A program made the position numbers and the translations under genes. The notes beneath the pieces are model-generated. The model saw nothing but the letters and a program-made list of their open reading frames with translations. It made no database searches and was not told the DNA's origin. A DNA stretch of 64,000 nt from an uncultured archaeon (GTDB lineage Archaea; Thermoproteota; Nitrososphaeria; Nitrososphaerales; Gagatemarchaeaceae): the NCBI GenBank assembly GCA_963799775.1, contig CAWCYD010000003.1, positions 1,440,001 through 1,504,000 of the forward strand, given 5' to 3'. The first letter of the stretch is position 1. The number at the start of each line of letters is the position of its first letter. Positions 63,278 to 64,000 of the stretch are shown piece by piece.

Positions 63278-64000
63278 TTGCAAAGGACTAAGTCGCATCC
63301 TGCCAAACTGACCGCCGGGATCGACAGACCCCCCAGCGCGCAATGCTCCGCGCGATAGGCCTGACGGACGAGGACTTTGAAAAGCCGATAATCGGGATCG
63401 CCAACACCTGGGTCGAGGCCCAGCCCTGTAACTACGACCTGAGAGAGCTCGCCATCGAGGTGAAGAAGGGAGTGAGGGACGCGGGCGGGACGCCCCTGGA
63501 GTTCAACACGATAGCGATCAACGACGCCATGGCGATGGGCCATGAGGGGATGAAGGCCTCGCTCATCAGCCGCGAGGTCATCGCGGACTCCATCGAGCTG
63601 AGCGCTTCGGGGTACCAGTTCGACGGGCTCGTCACGATCGGAGGATGCGACAAGACGCAGCCAGCCTCGGCGATGGCTCTCGCGCGCGTCAACATCCCCG
63701 GAGTCTACCTCTACGGCGGGAGCATCCCGCCAGGAGAGTGGAACGGGAAGGAGGTGACGATACAGGACGTCTTCGAGGCGATGGGGCAGGTCTCCAGGGG
63801 GACGATGACCGTCGCGCAGCTCAATGGACCTCGAGTGCAACGCGTGTCCCACTTTCGGCGCATGCGGAGGGATGTTCACGGCCAACACGATGGCATCGGC
63901 GCTAGAGGCGATAGGCCTCACTGTCCCGAACTGCGCCGCGCCTGTGGCCCCGAGCGAGGCGAGGAAGAAGGTGGCGTACGACACCGGCTGGGCCGTCATG
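63278..64000 (+). CDS. ilvD: Dihydroxy-acid dehydratase, 5' part (runs off the window); frameshifts near 63327 and 63825
   Basis: [36 protein letters not shown]. Confidence 0.93.

Noticed and set aside
1-64000. CRISPR arrays, rRNA and tRNA genes
   Set aside because: No regularly spaced repeats or recognisable RNA genes seen by eye; a tRNAscan/Infernal run would be needed to exclude them

Overview
GC-rich archaeal chromosome segment. It has archaeal-type uL3/uL4/uL23/uL2/uS19, TATA boxes about 25-30 nt before apparently leaderless starts, and many TTG/GTG starts. The signal peptides and two-component proteins suggest a non-ammonia-oxidising Nitrososphaerota (inference). Order of contents: (1) a membrane redox cluster at 0.5-6.7 kb (di-haem cytochrome b-like protein, two Rieske proteins, a tandem cupredoxin, an HTH plus membrane partner, a Vgb-like propeller); (2) nucleotide-salvage genes; (3) a histidine kinase/receiver pair, pdaD and a prolidase; (4) a truncated S10 ribosomal cluster; (5) a split glutamate synthase and P5C dehydrogenase; (6) lipB-lpdA; (7) a lower-GC island at about 36.3-44.0 kb with two G1 glutamic peptidases, an EarA-like regulator and a 189-bp duplication; (8) the ilvBN-leuACDB-ilvE operon; (9) lipA with 2-oxoacid dehydrogenase E1a/E1b/E2; (10) two stand-alone Lrp RAM domains, ilvC and the start of ilvD. 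More than 25 apparent frameshifts hit conserved genes, mostly at GGNCC sites, so they look like methylation-linked long-read errors rather than pseudogenes. The top candidates for new biology are a leaderless 27-codon Val/Leu-ending leader ORF plus hairpin ahead of the ilv-leu operon (attenuation-like control in an archaeon), and the duplicated EarA-box/G1-peptidase cassette. All calls are from motif recognition by eye; no searches were run.
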